Part shown: positions 8,395-16,641 of the stretch, one piece after another
Numbering within the stretch: position 1 is the stretch's first letter
Layout: every line of letters starts with the position of its first letter
DNA from: Nitrososphaerales archaeon
GTDB lineage: Archaea > Thermoproteota > Nitrososphaeria > Nitrososphaerales > UBA213
Length of the DNA: 64,000 bases
Direction: 5' to 3'
Assembly (NCBI GenBank): GCA_038868975.1
Contig: JAWCSA010000001.1
Coordinates: 6,905 to 70,904, forward strand
Notes under the pieces: model-generated
What the model saw: only the letters and a program-made list of their open reading frames with translations
What the model was told of the DNA's origin: nothing
Database searches by the model: none
Program-made: the position numbers and the translations under genes

Positions 8395-8988
8395 TCACTT
8401 TGCCTCCTTTTCTACTTTCTGCTTCTCCTGCTGACCAGACTCTGCCTTCTTAACCTCTTCCTTTATCCATTCTTCTGCGCCCAGAAACGGCTGTCTACAA
8501 GTAATACCTATCTTCCCCATAGCAGCACCTTTACCCAAACTAACAGCTGTTACCCTTGCCCGCAACCTTGACCCAGTTCTTAATGTCTTCCCAGTCTGAT
8601 TAGCAATTATCATCCCTTGTTTCAGATCACTTCTAAGGTAGTCATCAGTTATCTGTGACAAATGAAGCAACGCATCGGTAGGGCCTATTCTTACGAATGC
8701 ACCAAATTCTGTAATCTCAACAACTTCTCCCTCCACGATCTCTTGCAATGCAGGATAGAAAGTAAGTGCTTTAAAATTGACTCTATGATATGTAGCACCA
8801 TCACCAGCAACAAGCTTTCCAGTAGCATTAACATCAGCATCAATTATCATTATAACATAGCCCAGATCTGGACTTATCATACTCTCATACTTCTCCTTAA
8901 GGATGCTCATAGCTGCTTCTCTTAGTGATGTGCCCAGACGGTTAGGTGGTATTCTAACGACATCTGACATTTCAACAATAGTAAACAT
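8395..8988 (-). CDS. rpoE: DNA-directed RNA polymerase subunit E' (Rpo7) with Lys/Glu-rich C-terminal extension
   Basis: N-terminal MFTIVEMSDVVRIPP pattern, a central S1 domain (GEVVEITEFGAFVRIG) and the tail EEVKKAESGQQEKQKVEKEAK. Confidence 0.85.
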   Translation of the reverse strand: MFTIVEMSDVVRIPPNRLGTSLREAAMSILKEKYESMISPDLGYVIMIIDADVNATGKLVAGDGATYHRVNFKALTFYPALQEIVEGEVVEITEFGAFVRIGPTDALLHLSQITDDYLRSDLKQGMIIANQTGKTLRTGSRLRARVTAVSLGKGAAMGKIGITCRQPFLGAEEWIKEEVKKAESGQQEKQKVEKEAK

Positions 8989-9268
8989 CTATGCGGGAAA
9001 GAACAAAGTATCAATTTATGAATCTTTTGATTAAAATGAGCGCAAATCGCTAATTTTGCAAGCCTACTTGATCTAGGGGCATGAACCAATCGCATGATAT
9101 CGTAGAATAATCTAAACGTCATGACTTCGTTGTATCTGTTTTGATTAGCAGAAAGTATTGAAAATAGGAACAGCTAATTCGCAAAGATGATCTGAAATAA
9201 AGTAGGAAATCGAATAAACCAATATTAATATTTAAATAACGTGCGACAGAATGATAAAATGAACATCA

Positions 9269-10336
9269 ATGGTTACTGCTGATGAAGTTCTAAATACCTT
9301 AAAGACCGTAATTGACCCGGAACTTAACAAAGATATTGTATCTATGGGTATGATCAAAGACCTTAGCATAAATGATGGGAAAGTGAGCTTTACTTTGGAG
9401 CTAACAACTCCTGCATGTCCGTACAACAGCGATATAGAGCGAGAAGTTAGAAATAAAGTCACTGCAATGCGTGATGTTAAGGATCTTGATATGAAAGTAA
9501 CGGCGAGAGTTATGGAAGGCAGATCAATAGGTACGGAAGAGATTTTGCCACAGGTGAAAAATGTTATCGCTGTTGCGAGTGGTAAGGGAGGTGTAGGTAA
9601 GAGCACGGTTGCCGTGAACATAGCGTTAGCATTGGCTAGAACTGGTGCCAAGGTTGGATTACTAGACGCTGATATCTATGGGCCAAGCGTTCCCATGATG
9701 TTGGGTCTTAAACCCGGTCTTGAAGCAGACGGTAACAAGATCGTTCCACAGCAAGTTCATGGCTTGAAGGTAATGTCGATGGGTCTTGCTCCACAACAGG
9801 GAGAGCAAAACGTTGGCATTTGGAGAGGCCCAATAATTTCTGGTATAATTAAACAGTTTCTAACCGATGTAAATTGGGGTATGCTTGATTATCTCATCGT
9901 TGATCTACCACCAGGCACTGGTGATGCACCGTTGACTCTTGCACAAACAATTCCTATTACCGGTGTTATCGTTGTTACGACACCACAAGATGCAGCTATG
10001 AATATTGCGCTCAAGGCTGCACTTATGTTCAAGAAACTTGGGATTCCTATAATAGGTGTTGTCGAAAATATGAGCTACTTCGTATGCCCCCATTGTAAGG
10101 GGGAAACACGTATCTTTGGCGTCGGTGGCAAGGAAAAGGTACGTGAAAAATTTGGAGCTCTTCTACTTGGACAGATTCCATTGCATCATGAAATAATGAC
10201 CGGCAGTGATGTTGGAAAACCTATTTTGATCACAGATCCTGATTCTCCGCAGGCTGACGCCTTCAAGAAGGTTGCCATGATAGCAGCTGGTAGAGTAAGT
10301 GTGATTGCTGCAGAGATGCGGGCTAATGCAGCTTAG
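9269..10336 (+). CDS. Fe-S cluster carrier ATPase Mrp/NBP35/ApbC with N-terminal DUF59 (MIP18) domain
   Basis: DUF59-like VIDPELNKDIVSMGMI, deviant Walker A VASGKGGVGKST and a CPHC motif. Confidence 0.85.
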   Translation: MVTADEVLNTLKTVIDPELNKDIVSMGMIKDLSINDGKVSFTLELTTPACPYNSDIEREVRNKVTAMRDVKDLDMKVTARVMEGRSIGTEEILPQVKNVIAVASGKGGVGKSTVAVNIALALARTGAKVGLLDADIYGPSVPMMLGLKPGLEADGNKIVPQQVHGLKVMSMGLAPQQGEQNVGIWRGPIISGIIKQFLTDVNWGMLDYLIVDLPPGTGDAPLTLAQTIPITGVIVVTTPQDAAMNIALKAALMFKKLGIPIIGVVENMSYFVCPHCKGETRIFGVGGKEKVREKFGALLLGQIPLHHEIMTGSDVGKPILITDPDSPQADAFKKVAMIAAGRVSVIAAEMRANAA

Positions 10337-10829
10337 TGCACAAGAACTGCAGTTATTCAAGAAACCGATAGGCACTCTTCTCAGGAATGACCAGATCACG
10401 TTGAAGACCTTGGCGCCGTACCTAAAGAGCATAATGATAATTAGTGTGGGGGATGCAACGACTGATAAACTACTCGAACTAGGAGTAGTGCCAGCAATTC
10501 AGATAGTGGATGGCAGGGAAAGAAGGGTCGAGAGAGATCTTCCATTAGAAAATTACGCTAAAGCTATCAAGTGTAGCAATCCAGCCGGCACGATTTCAAT
10601 GGATTCTATAAATGCGTTCAAGGAGGCATTGATATCTGAAAAACCAGTAAGAATAATTGTAGATGGTGAAGAAGATCTTCTTGGAGCAGTTGTTCTTGCC
10701 TTGGCCCCCAATGACACTGTAATGTTCTATGGGCAGCCACTGGAAGGGCTTGTTGTTGTCAGAGTCAACAATGAATCAAGAAGCAAGTTAAGAGAAGTAA
10801 TTAATAAGATAAAATTACTATTGAATTAA
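10326..10829 (+). CDS. DUF359 protein, GTP-dependent dephospho-CoA kinase family
   Basis: VGDATTDKLLELGVVPAIQIVDGRERR and IVDGEEDLLGAVVLALAP match the DUF359 pattern. The ATG at 10326 overlaps the mrp stop by 11 nt. Confidence 0.7.
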   Translation: MQLSAQELQLFKKPIGTLLRNDQITLKTLAPYLKSIMIISVGDATTDKLLELGVVPAIQIVDGRERRVERDLPLENYAKAIKCSNPAGTISMDSINAFKEALISEKPVRIIVDGEEDLLGAVVLALAPNDTVMFYGQPLEGLVVVRVNNESRSKLREVINKIKLLLN

Positions 10830-10830
10830 C

Positions 10831-10889
10831 GGGGAATGATGACGTGGTGGCTGGCTGATAGGTGATAGATACAACAGATGTCTGACCCC
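10831..10889 (+). ncRNA. C/D box sRNA (2'-O-methylation guide)
   Basis: GGGG-a-AUGAUGA(C, 10836-10842)-12 nt guide-CUGA(D', 10855-10858)-uag-GUGAUAG(C')-13 nt guide-CUGA(D, 10882-10885)-CCCC. The terminal GGGG/CCCC stem is present, and the RNA starts 2 nt after the upstream stop codon. Confidence 0.7.
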
Positions 10890-11142
10890 TTCAAAATAAA
10901 GAAGCTATACTGGGTAACTTTATAACAAATTACCACATGTTCCGATGCCCTGTAGTAACGAATGCTAGGACAGGATATTAGCGCAGGATGCGTTCCAACG
11001 ATACCGAATCTCATCTAACAAACTTTAGGTATAAAGAATTGGCAATGAAACCAATTATATGGTAATAAGTTGTATTGCATTGTTACTTACACCTAGTTAA
11101 ATTGCAAATGATATTCTGTATCTTTGTTTAGGGTGCTAACCA

Positions 11143-11853
11143 ATGTTTGAGATTCGGCTTATAGCGTGCGCAGCTATGCTTGTAACAGCTTCTATATTGG
11201 ATCTAAAAAACAGAGAGATAGGAGACAGAGTTTGGATAGGCTTTGGCAGTCTTGGAGGGCTCCTTACAGCTATAGAATTCAATTCCAATGCTATAGACCT
11301 GATTCAGTATGCAATGCGAGTCGCCATAACAGCACCAGTAGCATATGCGATTTACAGAACTGGTTTGTTTGGTGGCGCCGATGCAAAGGCACTTGTAGCA
11401 ATAGCTGTGCTGCTGCCATTCTATGATATGCAATTTAAGATGCATGATTTAACAGCATTCACAGTATTGACAAATGCAACAATCCTTACTTTTGCACATA
11501 TATTCCATAATGTAATAAGGAATTCCATAGATCTGGCAAGGGGAAAAGCAATGTTCGCCGGTTTTCAAGAGTCTGCAGCAAGAAAGGCATTAGCATTTTT
11601 AATGGGTTTTAGATCAGATTCTGCAAAGGGCTATCTCTTTGCCATGGAGTGTAGCGAAGGAGGAAGACGTCGCTTTAACTTTCATCCAGCTTCCTATGAT
11701 GAATATGTAGCAAATGCAAAGAATGTCTGGGTTACACCAGCTATCCCATTTATTGTGTATATGGCATTCGGTTTTGCATTGATGATAATTTTTGGAGATC
11801 TACTTGCGTTAGTATTCACTAACATTTGGATTGTATTAGGAATTTTTGCATAA
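11143..11853 (+). CDS. A24-family prepilin/preflagellin peptidase (PibD/FlaK/EppA-like)
   Basis: Polytopic membrane protein with the two catalytic-Asp contexts ILDLKNREIGD and GLFGGADAKAL. Confidence 0.75.
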   Translation: MFEIRLIACAAMLVTASILDLKNREIGDRVWIGFGSLGGLLTAIEFNSNAIDLIQYAMRVAITAPVAYAIYRTGLFGGADAKALVAIAVLLPFYDMQFKMHDLTAFTVLTNATILTFAHIFHNVIRNSIDLARGKAMFAGFQESAARKALAFLMGFRSDSAKGYLFAMECSEGGRRRFNFHPASYDEYVANAKNVWVTPAIPFIVYMAFGFALMIIFGDLLALVFTNIWIVLGIFA

Positions 11854-11899
11854 ATTACAAGAGCGTTTATATATATCACGGAGACTGAATCAGTCAAAA

Positions 11900-13957
11900 A
11901 TGAGTTTGCTTGGTTTGGGCTTGGATTCCACACTATCAATAATAGCATCTATAGCATCACTTGCACTTGCTGGTGCAATGGCAGTATGGGTTGGGAGGCA
12001 GAGTAGCGGTACAGAACAGATGATGGACATAAGCAGAGCAGTAAAAACTGGCGCATCCGCTTTTCTTGCACGTGAGTTTAAAATTATCATACCCATTGCA
12101 GTTGGGCTTGCGATAGCTATATCATTTGCTTCCGGATACTCTAACGGCATAGCATTTGCCGTGGGGGCTGCACTATCTGGCATAGCCGGATTGATTGCAA
12201 TGAAGATCACAGTCAAGGCGGCTGTGAGAGCTGCGCAAGCTACAACAAAAGGGTTGGGACATACGTTAGCTACAGCGTTTAGGGGAGGCGCAACCGTGGG
12301 CCTTGCAATACCTGCTATGGCGCTTATTGGAGTTACAATACTGTTCATTGTATATCCCAATCCTATCGCTATTGCAGGTGTTGGCATAGGTGCGAGTCTG
12401 ATTGCTTTGTTCATTAGAGCAGGCGGTGGGATATTTACAAAGGCTGCAGACCTGGGAGCCGATCTAGTCGGCAAGGTGGAGGCTGGAATGCCAGAAGACG
12501 ACCCTAGAAACCCAGCTACGATAGCTGACAATGTTGGTGATAATGTGGGAGATGCTGCTGGCATGGGCTCCGATGTTTACGAATCCTACATTGTTACCAT
12601 ACTTGCGGCAATGCTCCTTGGTGCGCTGATCATTCCGCAAATGATTACAACCACACAACTTATAGTGTATCCAATAGTTATCGGCGCATCTGGTCTAATA
12701 GCTTCGATCATAGGAGCTCTCACAGTCACGCCAAGGAAGATGACCGATCCCATGAAACCACTTAACACTGCATTCATCGTGAGTGCAGCTATAGCAATTG
12801 GTTTGAACTTCTTATTTACTCAATTCATTTTAGGTGATAGTCAGTTAGCATATGCGTTATTTGCGACCACGGTAATGGGCGTAATACTCGTACCAGTAAT
12901 TCAGCGCATAACGGACTACTATACAAGCTACAAATTCAAACCTGTTCAGGAGATAGGCGAATCGACAAAGTGGGGATACGCATCAAATATGCTTGCAGGC
13001 ATAATAGTCGGTCTGCGTTCTACTATGCCCTTCATGCTAGCAATAGTCATCACACTAGTAGTTTCTTACGCTATTGCATTCCAGATATCAGGCGACCCCC
13101 TGATAGGCATATACGGCACAGCAATGGCTGCAATGGCGATGTTAAGTTTAGCTGGTATTGTTTTGAGCATAGATTCTTTTGGCCCCATAAGTGACAATGC
13201 TGGTGGCATTGTAGAGATGACAGGCATGGGTGAAGCAAATAGAAAGATCACGGATCAGATCGATGCTGTCGGTAACACAACGAAGGCTGTAACAAAAGGA
13301 TTTGCCATAGCAAGCGCAGGTCTTGCGGCGCTGGCAATGATCCAGGCATTTCAGCACGAGGCTGCAAAAATATTTGTTGAAAAAACATTGGAGTACAGCC
13401 TGTCAAATCCCAATGTTATAATAGGTCTACTTGTTGGAGGTCTCTTGCCATTCTTCATATCAAGCCAGCTCATCTCAGGGGTTAACAGGGCAGCAAATCG
13501 TCTAGTTGATGAGATACGTAGGCAATTCAAGGAGGACCCTAATATACTGAAGGGAACATCAAAACCTGACTATGCAAAATGTATAGACATAACAACAAGC
13601 GCTAGTATAAAGCAGCTATTCAAACCGGCGATAATTACCGTTGCCAGTCCAATTATACTGGGCATACTCTTTGGTCCAACCGCAGTTGCGGGTCTGTTGA
13701 TGGGCGCCGTAATCAGTGGAATATTCTTGGCATACCACATGGCAAATAGTGGTGGTGCATGGGATAATGCTAAAAAGTACATAGAGATCTTAGGCAAGAA
13801 GAACACGCCAGAACATGAGGTTGCTGTAGTAGGTGACCTAATCGGTGATCCATACAAGGATACCGCAGGCCCGGCATTAAACACGGTAATAAAACTTCTA
13901 AACACCGTGGCGATAGTATTTGTGGTAATATTCTACGGCATTGTAGTTTTCGCTTAG
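11900..13957 (+). CDS. hppA: Membrane-bound proton/sodium-translocating pyrophosphatase
   Basis: Characteristic motifs GGGIFTKAADLGADLVGKVE, DNVGDNVGD and GDLIGDPYKDTAGPALN. The ATG at 11900 is preferred over the ORF-track 11846. Confidence 0.9.
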   Translation: MSLLGLGLDSTLSIIASIASLALAGAMAVWVGRQSSGTEQMMDISRAVKTGASAFLAREFKIIIPIAVGLAIAISFASGYSNGIAFAVGAALSGIAGLIAMKITVKAAVRAAQATTKGLGHTLATAFRGGATVGLAIPAMALIGVTILFIVYPNPIAIAGVGIGASLIALFIRAGGGIFTKAADLGADLVGKVEAGMPEDDPRNPATIADNVGDNVGDAAGMGSDVYESYIVTILAAMLLGALIIPQMITTTQLIVYPIVIGASGLIASIIGALTVTPRKMTDPMKPLNTAFIVSAAIAIGLNFLFTQFILGDSQLAYALFATTVMGVILVPVIQRITDYYTSYKFKPVQEIGESTKWGYASNMLAGIIVGLRSTMPFMLAIVITLVVSYAIAFQISGDPLIGIYGTAMAAMAMLSLAGIVLSIDSFGPISDNAGGIVEMTGMGEANRKITDQIDAVGNTTKAVTKGFAIASAGLAALAMIQAFQHEAAKIFVEKTLEYSLSNPNVIIGLLVGGLLPFFISSQLISGVNRAANRLVDEIRRQFKEDPNILKGTSKPDYAKCIDITTSASIKQLFKPAIITVASPIILGILFGPTAVAGLLMGAVISGIFLAYHMANSGGAWDNAKKYIEILGKKNTPEHEVAVVGDLIGDPYKDTAGPALNTVIKLLNTVAIVFVVIFYGIVVFA

Positions 13958-14358
13958 CTTACAACTAGTTCCAGTTTGCGAATTATGTTGTCGTAAAGAA
14001 AAACTCCTAACTCATCATTTGTCGTTGACAGTATTATCCATGGAACAGGATTTATCTCCATATATCTAACGTCAGTAGCGGATGGTGTAGCAGATCCAGG
14101 ATGTGAATGAAATATACCCACTATGTCAAGCCCGTCCTTCTCCATCCTTTTATATGTCTCCAACAACTCCGTGGGCTCTATGCTGAATGTGGTTTTAGAC
14201 CGATCTGCATTCTTGGTAAATATTACTTTACTTACTATTACATCATCGCCATCGATACTACCTGCCAGAAGTGCACATGATTCCAATGGTAAAGCATTCA
14301 TGGCAAATTTTTTGATTTCCTTAACATCCTCCGATCTCAGAACAACTCTTCTTATCAT
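13954..14358 (-). CDS. JAB1/MPN/Mov34 (JAMM) metalloprotease
   Basis: JAMM motif HSHPGSATPSATD plus an upstream Glu (PLESCALLAG). The internal Met at 14358 abuts the upstream gene's stop. Confidence 0.8.
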   Translation of the reverse strand: MIRRVVLRSEDVKEIKKFAMNALPLESCALLAGSIDGDDVIVSKVIFTKNADRSKTTFSIEPTELLETYKRMEKDGLDIVGIFHSHPGSATPSATDVRYMEINPVPWIILSTTNDELGVFLYDNIIRKLELVVS

Positions 14359-15500
14359 TACGCCACTATAACCTTTCCAACCATCCACGGATGTACTTGA
14401 CAGAAGTAGGGATATTCGCCCCTTTCCTTAAAAGTGAATTCAAACTTCTCTGCAGGCTGCATAAGAGGAAAACCAGAATCAAAGATCTGACCCCATGAAT
14501 CCGGGTCGCTAACATCGCCACTGGTTACCGTGTGTGCGGCAGTATCAGAATTTGTCCATACCACAGTAGTACCCACTTCTACTGTGATTTCTGCTGGAAC
14601 GTAAAATGCAGGATTGCTTGGGTTAGCAGCGCCTAGAACAATATCAACCACAGCTGCTGATGTCTTCTCTTCTGAAATAGGTTTCTCGATACCTTCGCCT
14701 TCGCTAACCGTAAACTTGCCTGTCATCAAGGGGTGAAAGGTGCAAAAGTACACATAAGTACCCGGTTCAAGTTCAGCCGTATTCAATGACCACTTTCCAT
14801 TTACCCTAATAGATCCAGAATCAAACAGCTCGCCAAAATTAGGTTCCTCTATTGTACCACTGGTTACCGTATGCACAACGTTATCATTATTTATCCATAT
14901 TATGGTCGTACCCTTTGCAACAGTAATATCGTCTGGGTCATATGCTTTTGAACCTGGAACTGAAGCACCTGTAGGTATAGAAATCTCAACTACTGGCCCT
15001 GTTATCTCTGGTTCCTCTGGTGGCTTTGTTTCCTCCAAAAGACCAGCTTCTATAGGCTGCGGTGCCACGTATCCAAATATGGAGAACGCAATTATTCCCA
15101 CAACAGATCCGCTAGAGAAGAGTATAGCAATGGCCTTGAGATGAGGGCTCCTCTTATGCGCAGCCCATGCGATAATTACCGCTGGAACTATGATCAAGAA
15201 AAGAATACCAGTTAATGTAACTAGAACAGGAACCTCAGCAATTCCCACAGCAAAAGCTCCAAGGGTTGCAGCGAAGCCAACTATCACTAAAGCAGCAGCC
15301 TTGGCCTGGTTGCTTCTTGGCAATCCATCTTTAAGGATACCTGCTGCTAAAATGATCATTCCAATAAACATCATCAATGCTGACATTGCATGCATACCTT
15401 CCATGAAGGTCTTGGCAATGCCAGCTAACGACAATGCCATTCCTGCTAGCCCGAGTACAGTTAATCCTATGCCCGGTACCAAAAGTTCCCAGTCAGCCAA
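14358..15500 (-). CDS. Membrane-anchored blue copper protein with two plastocyanin/cupredoxin domains
   Basis: N-terminal ~140 aa with several TM helices, then two type-1 Cu sites (HTVTSG...CTFHPLM and HTVTSG...CQVHPWM). Confidence 0.8.
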   Translation of the reverse strand: MADWELLVPGIGLTVLGLAGMALSLAGIAKTFMEGMHAMSALMMFIGMIILAAGILKDGLPRSNQAKAAALVIVGFAATLGAFAVGIAEVPVLVTLTGILFLIIVPAVIIAWAAHKRSPHLKAIAILFSSGSVVGIIAFSIFGYVAPQPIEAGLLEETKPPEEPEITGPVVEISIPTGASVPGSKAYDPDDITVAKGTTIIWINNDNVVHTVTSGTIEEPNFGELFDSGSIRVNGKWSLNTAELEPGTYVYFCTFHPLMTGKFTVSEGEGIEKPISEEKTSAAVVDIVLGAANPSNPAFYVPAEITVEVGTTVVWTNSDTAAHTVTSGDVSDPDSWGQIFDSGFPLMQPAEKFEFTFKERGEYPYFCQVHPWMVGKVIVA

Positions 15501-15551
15501 TTTGAAGCTACTACAAATTCTGCGCCTAAATAATCTTTCCTTAACGATTAA

Positions 15552-16433
15552 ATGCTGGGTAACTGCCGGAACTGTGTGGGAATTCGGGAATTTGCGGAGA
15601 TATCGAAGTTCAGGATTGTTGCGGTTCTTGATCTTGTGGCTATAACATCACTTCTTGCTGCAAGCAAGTGGCAAGTTCCTGCAGAGACGATATTGTTTCT
15701 CTTCATTTCTGGAACTCTTGCGTCAATGGGTTCAAGCGCACTTAATCATTACTATGATCGTGATATCGATTCCCTGATGTCAAGGACTAGCAGAAGGCCC
15801 ATACCTTCTGGTAGACTGGGTGCTAGAAGCGCTCTAGTATATGGTTTTGCACTGAGCGCAGCTTCGGTGATAATAGCATATCTTACGCTAAACCCTATAA
15901 CAACAGCTTTCATAGGTCTAGGAATATTCTTTTACGTGATAATTTATACTGCATGGTTGAAACGCAGTAATGCATCAAATATTGTGATCGGAGGGTTTGC
16001 TGGTAGCTGCGCTTCGTATGCTGGATGGACTGCTGCTACCGGTACGCTAGACCTGTTGGGATTTCTAGTCGGTCTACTGGTATTCATATGGACACCAAGT
16101 CACTTCTGGTGCTTAGCTATAAAGAGCAAGGAAGAGTATGCGGGTGCAAGGATACCAATGCTCCCAGTTCTTGTTGGTGACAGTGCAGCAGCAAGGTATG
16201 TTCTGGTAAACACACTAGTGCTCGTTCCATACTCAATAATGCTATACTTCTTTGGTTTGGGGCTACTTTACCTCATAATAGCATCAATATCTGGGTCAAT
16301 GATGCTTGCATACAATTTGAAATTGATCAAAAATCCTAGCAAGGACATTGCCTGGAAAGCATATAAGGTATCAAGCCCTTACTTGGCCATAATATTTCTG
16401 GCTCTCATGTTTGATGCTGTGGTAGCTCTTTAG
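15552..16433 (+). CDS. ctaB: Protoheme IX farnesyltransferase (heme O synthase), UbiA superfamily
   Basis: NHYYDRDIDSLMSRTSRRPIPSG motif and a polytopic profile. The start codon is uncertain. Confidence 0.8.
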   Translation: MLGNCRNCVGIREFAEISKFRIVAVLDLVAITSLLAASKWQVPAETILFLFISGTLASMGSSALNHYYDRDIDSLMSRTSRRPIPSGRLGARSALVYGFALSAASVIIAYLTLNPITTAFIGLGIFFYVIIYTAWLKRSNASNIVIGGFAGSCASYAGWTAATGTLDLLGFLVGLLVFIWTPSHFWCLAIKSKEEYAGARIPMLPVLVGDSAAARYVLVNTLVLVPYSIMLYFFGLGLLYLIIASISGSMMLAYNLKLIKNPSKDIAWKAYKVSSPYLAIIFLALMFDAVVAL

Positions 16434-16635
16434 CGTTTTCAATCCTTCTCTTATCCTTCGTGATCCATCCAACCCTGATCAGTCCATAGATCTCCAGATC
16501 CAGTAGTATTTTGTTAAACTGCGTTTCTGTAATATTCACTCCTTCCTTTGCCAGTAGGTTAATCAGCTCAACATCGGTGATGTTCCCATGTTGCTTTATT
16601 TTTTCATATACTAGATTTCTCAAGGGGTAGTTCAT
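16405..16635 (-). CDS. Small hypothetical protein, possible winged-helix fold
   Basis: 76-aa ORF directly downstream of cdc48. No recognisable motif beyond an HTH-like pattern. Confidence 0.4.
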   Translation of the reverse strand: MNYPLRNLVYEKIKQHGNITDVELINLLAKEGVNITETQFNKILLDLEIYGLIRVGWITKDKRRIENAKELPQHQT

Positions 16636-16641
16636 GATTAA

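Noticed and set aside
11890-12564. 224-aa antisense ORF within hppA, plus several shorter ones up to 13905
   Set aside because: These are shadow ORFs opposite a strongly supported Ala/Gly/Val-rich membrane protein gene. The product is low-complexity Ala/Pro/Ser-rich.
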